35,032 nt of DNA from Basidiobolus meristosporus CBS 931.73 (lineage: Eukaryota; Fungi; Basidiobolomycota). The notes under the pieces were generated by a model. It saw only the letters and a program-made list of their open reading frames with translations, did no database searches and had not been told where the DNA came from. The DNA is taken from positions 1 to 35,032 of the forward strand of contig MCFE01000798.1 of assembly GCA_002104905.1 (NCBI GenBank), in the 5' to 3' direction. Both the position numbers and the translations under genes were made by a program. This document shows, one piece after another, positions 34,536-35,032 of this stretch (positions are counted from its first letter, which is position 1; each line of letters starts with the position of its first letter).

Positions 34536-34550
34536 TTGGGGCTCATAACC
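34536..34550 (-). promoter_or_regulatory. PBS of copia B (half initiator tRNA-Met type)
   Basis: GGTTATGAGCCCCAA on the minus strand, directly after the 5' LTR. Confidence 0.85.
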
Positions 34551-34919
34551 TGTTGCAATTTAAGAAGTGATTTGGATATAAGGAACTTATCAAGAAATAG
34601 TGATAATAGTTGAACTGTTGTTTATTCATAAAGAAGCTCAGTATTTATACCTTTGTAGAAGTAATACAGCTGCAACACTAAGTAGGGAGGGTTTCTCAAT
34701 ATTCAGGAGCATTCTGTAACAGTTTCAGGGTTAGTACATAATGTTTGGTAATAGTGCTAATTTGATCCTGACTATAGGGGAATAATCATAAGATCATATA
34801 TCTGGAGAAAGTGGCAAAGTTAAGGCAGTAAATGAGTCCTACAGTGACTAAGACTAGCCTAGAATTGTTAAGTAAATTTTTAGCTGCTGAATGATACCAA
34901 ATAGTCCAATATTTCAACA
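34551..34919 (-). repeat. 5' LTR of copia B (369 bp)
   Basis: Direct repeat of 30230-30599. Confidence 0.96.
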
Positions 34920-35032
34920 GAACTAAGATTGGCCTAGCCTATTACCAAAGTACTTGGAGGACCAAGCCATTCCTAATGAGGTGGATGAAGAGATAAAGAA
35001 GATAATCCGGGATGAAGCCAGCAAATTTGTTG

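Larger units (their letters stand above)
30230..34919 (-). mobile_element. Full-length Ty1/copia LTR retrotransposon (family B)
   Basis: Paired LTRs, TSD GAACT (30225-30229 and 34920-34924), PBS, PPT GAGGGGGAG (30600-30608), copia domain order. Confidence 0.97.
27276..35032 (+). mobile_element. Degenerate Ty3/gypsy element (second family), interrupted by copia B and extending beyond the window
   Basis: Putative 5' LTR, tRNA PBS, gag, PR, RT and start of RNase H; pol-like sequence resumes at 34925. Confidence 0.88.

Noticed and set aside
1-35032. Classical RIP (CpA to TpA)
   Set aside because: CpA/TpG is abundant and LTR-pair differences centre on CpG; a few CAA-to-TAA stops are not enough.
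1-35032. CRISPR arrays, tRNA or rRNA genes, prokaryotic operons, host housekeeping genes
   Set aside because: No repeat-spacer periodicity or RNA-gene signatures; essentially all sequence is assigned to eukaryotic transposons.

Overview
Eukaryotic, strongly CpG-depleted, nested transposon cluster with no recognisable host gene; the primer-binding sites point to a fungus-like host. Stripping insertions at their target-site duplications gives this layout. (1) Two inverted, truncated copies of a CMC/CACTA-type DNA transposon (1441-~10890 and ~10895-24772), each with a Transposase_21-like gene and a divergent ~580-codon ORF of unknown function; a third piece of that ORF lies at ~26000-27270. (2) A near-intact Tf1/sushi-type chromovirus (2238-8137, minus) with a self-priming PBS, a GGGAAAC plus hairpin -1 frameshift signal and a chromodomain, plus a solo LTR of the same family (21270-21798). 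(3) Two full-length Ty1/copia elements (12276-16959 plus; 30230-34919 minus) and two fragments of an older copia. (4) A 5.0-kb PIF/Harbinger-like element (17287-22304) with 24-bp TIRs and an ATA duplication, plus a second fragment (24773-25331). (5) A decayed tRNA-primed Ty3/gypsy element from ~27276 that runs off the window. All alignments and counts were done by eye, with no database search. Nothing here proves a new biological system; the best leads are the uncharacterised ORF paired with the CACTA transposase, the ATA-targeting Harbinger and the context-biased CpG decay.
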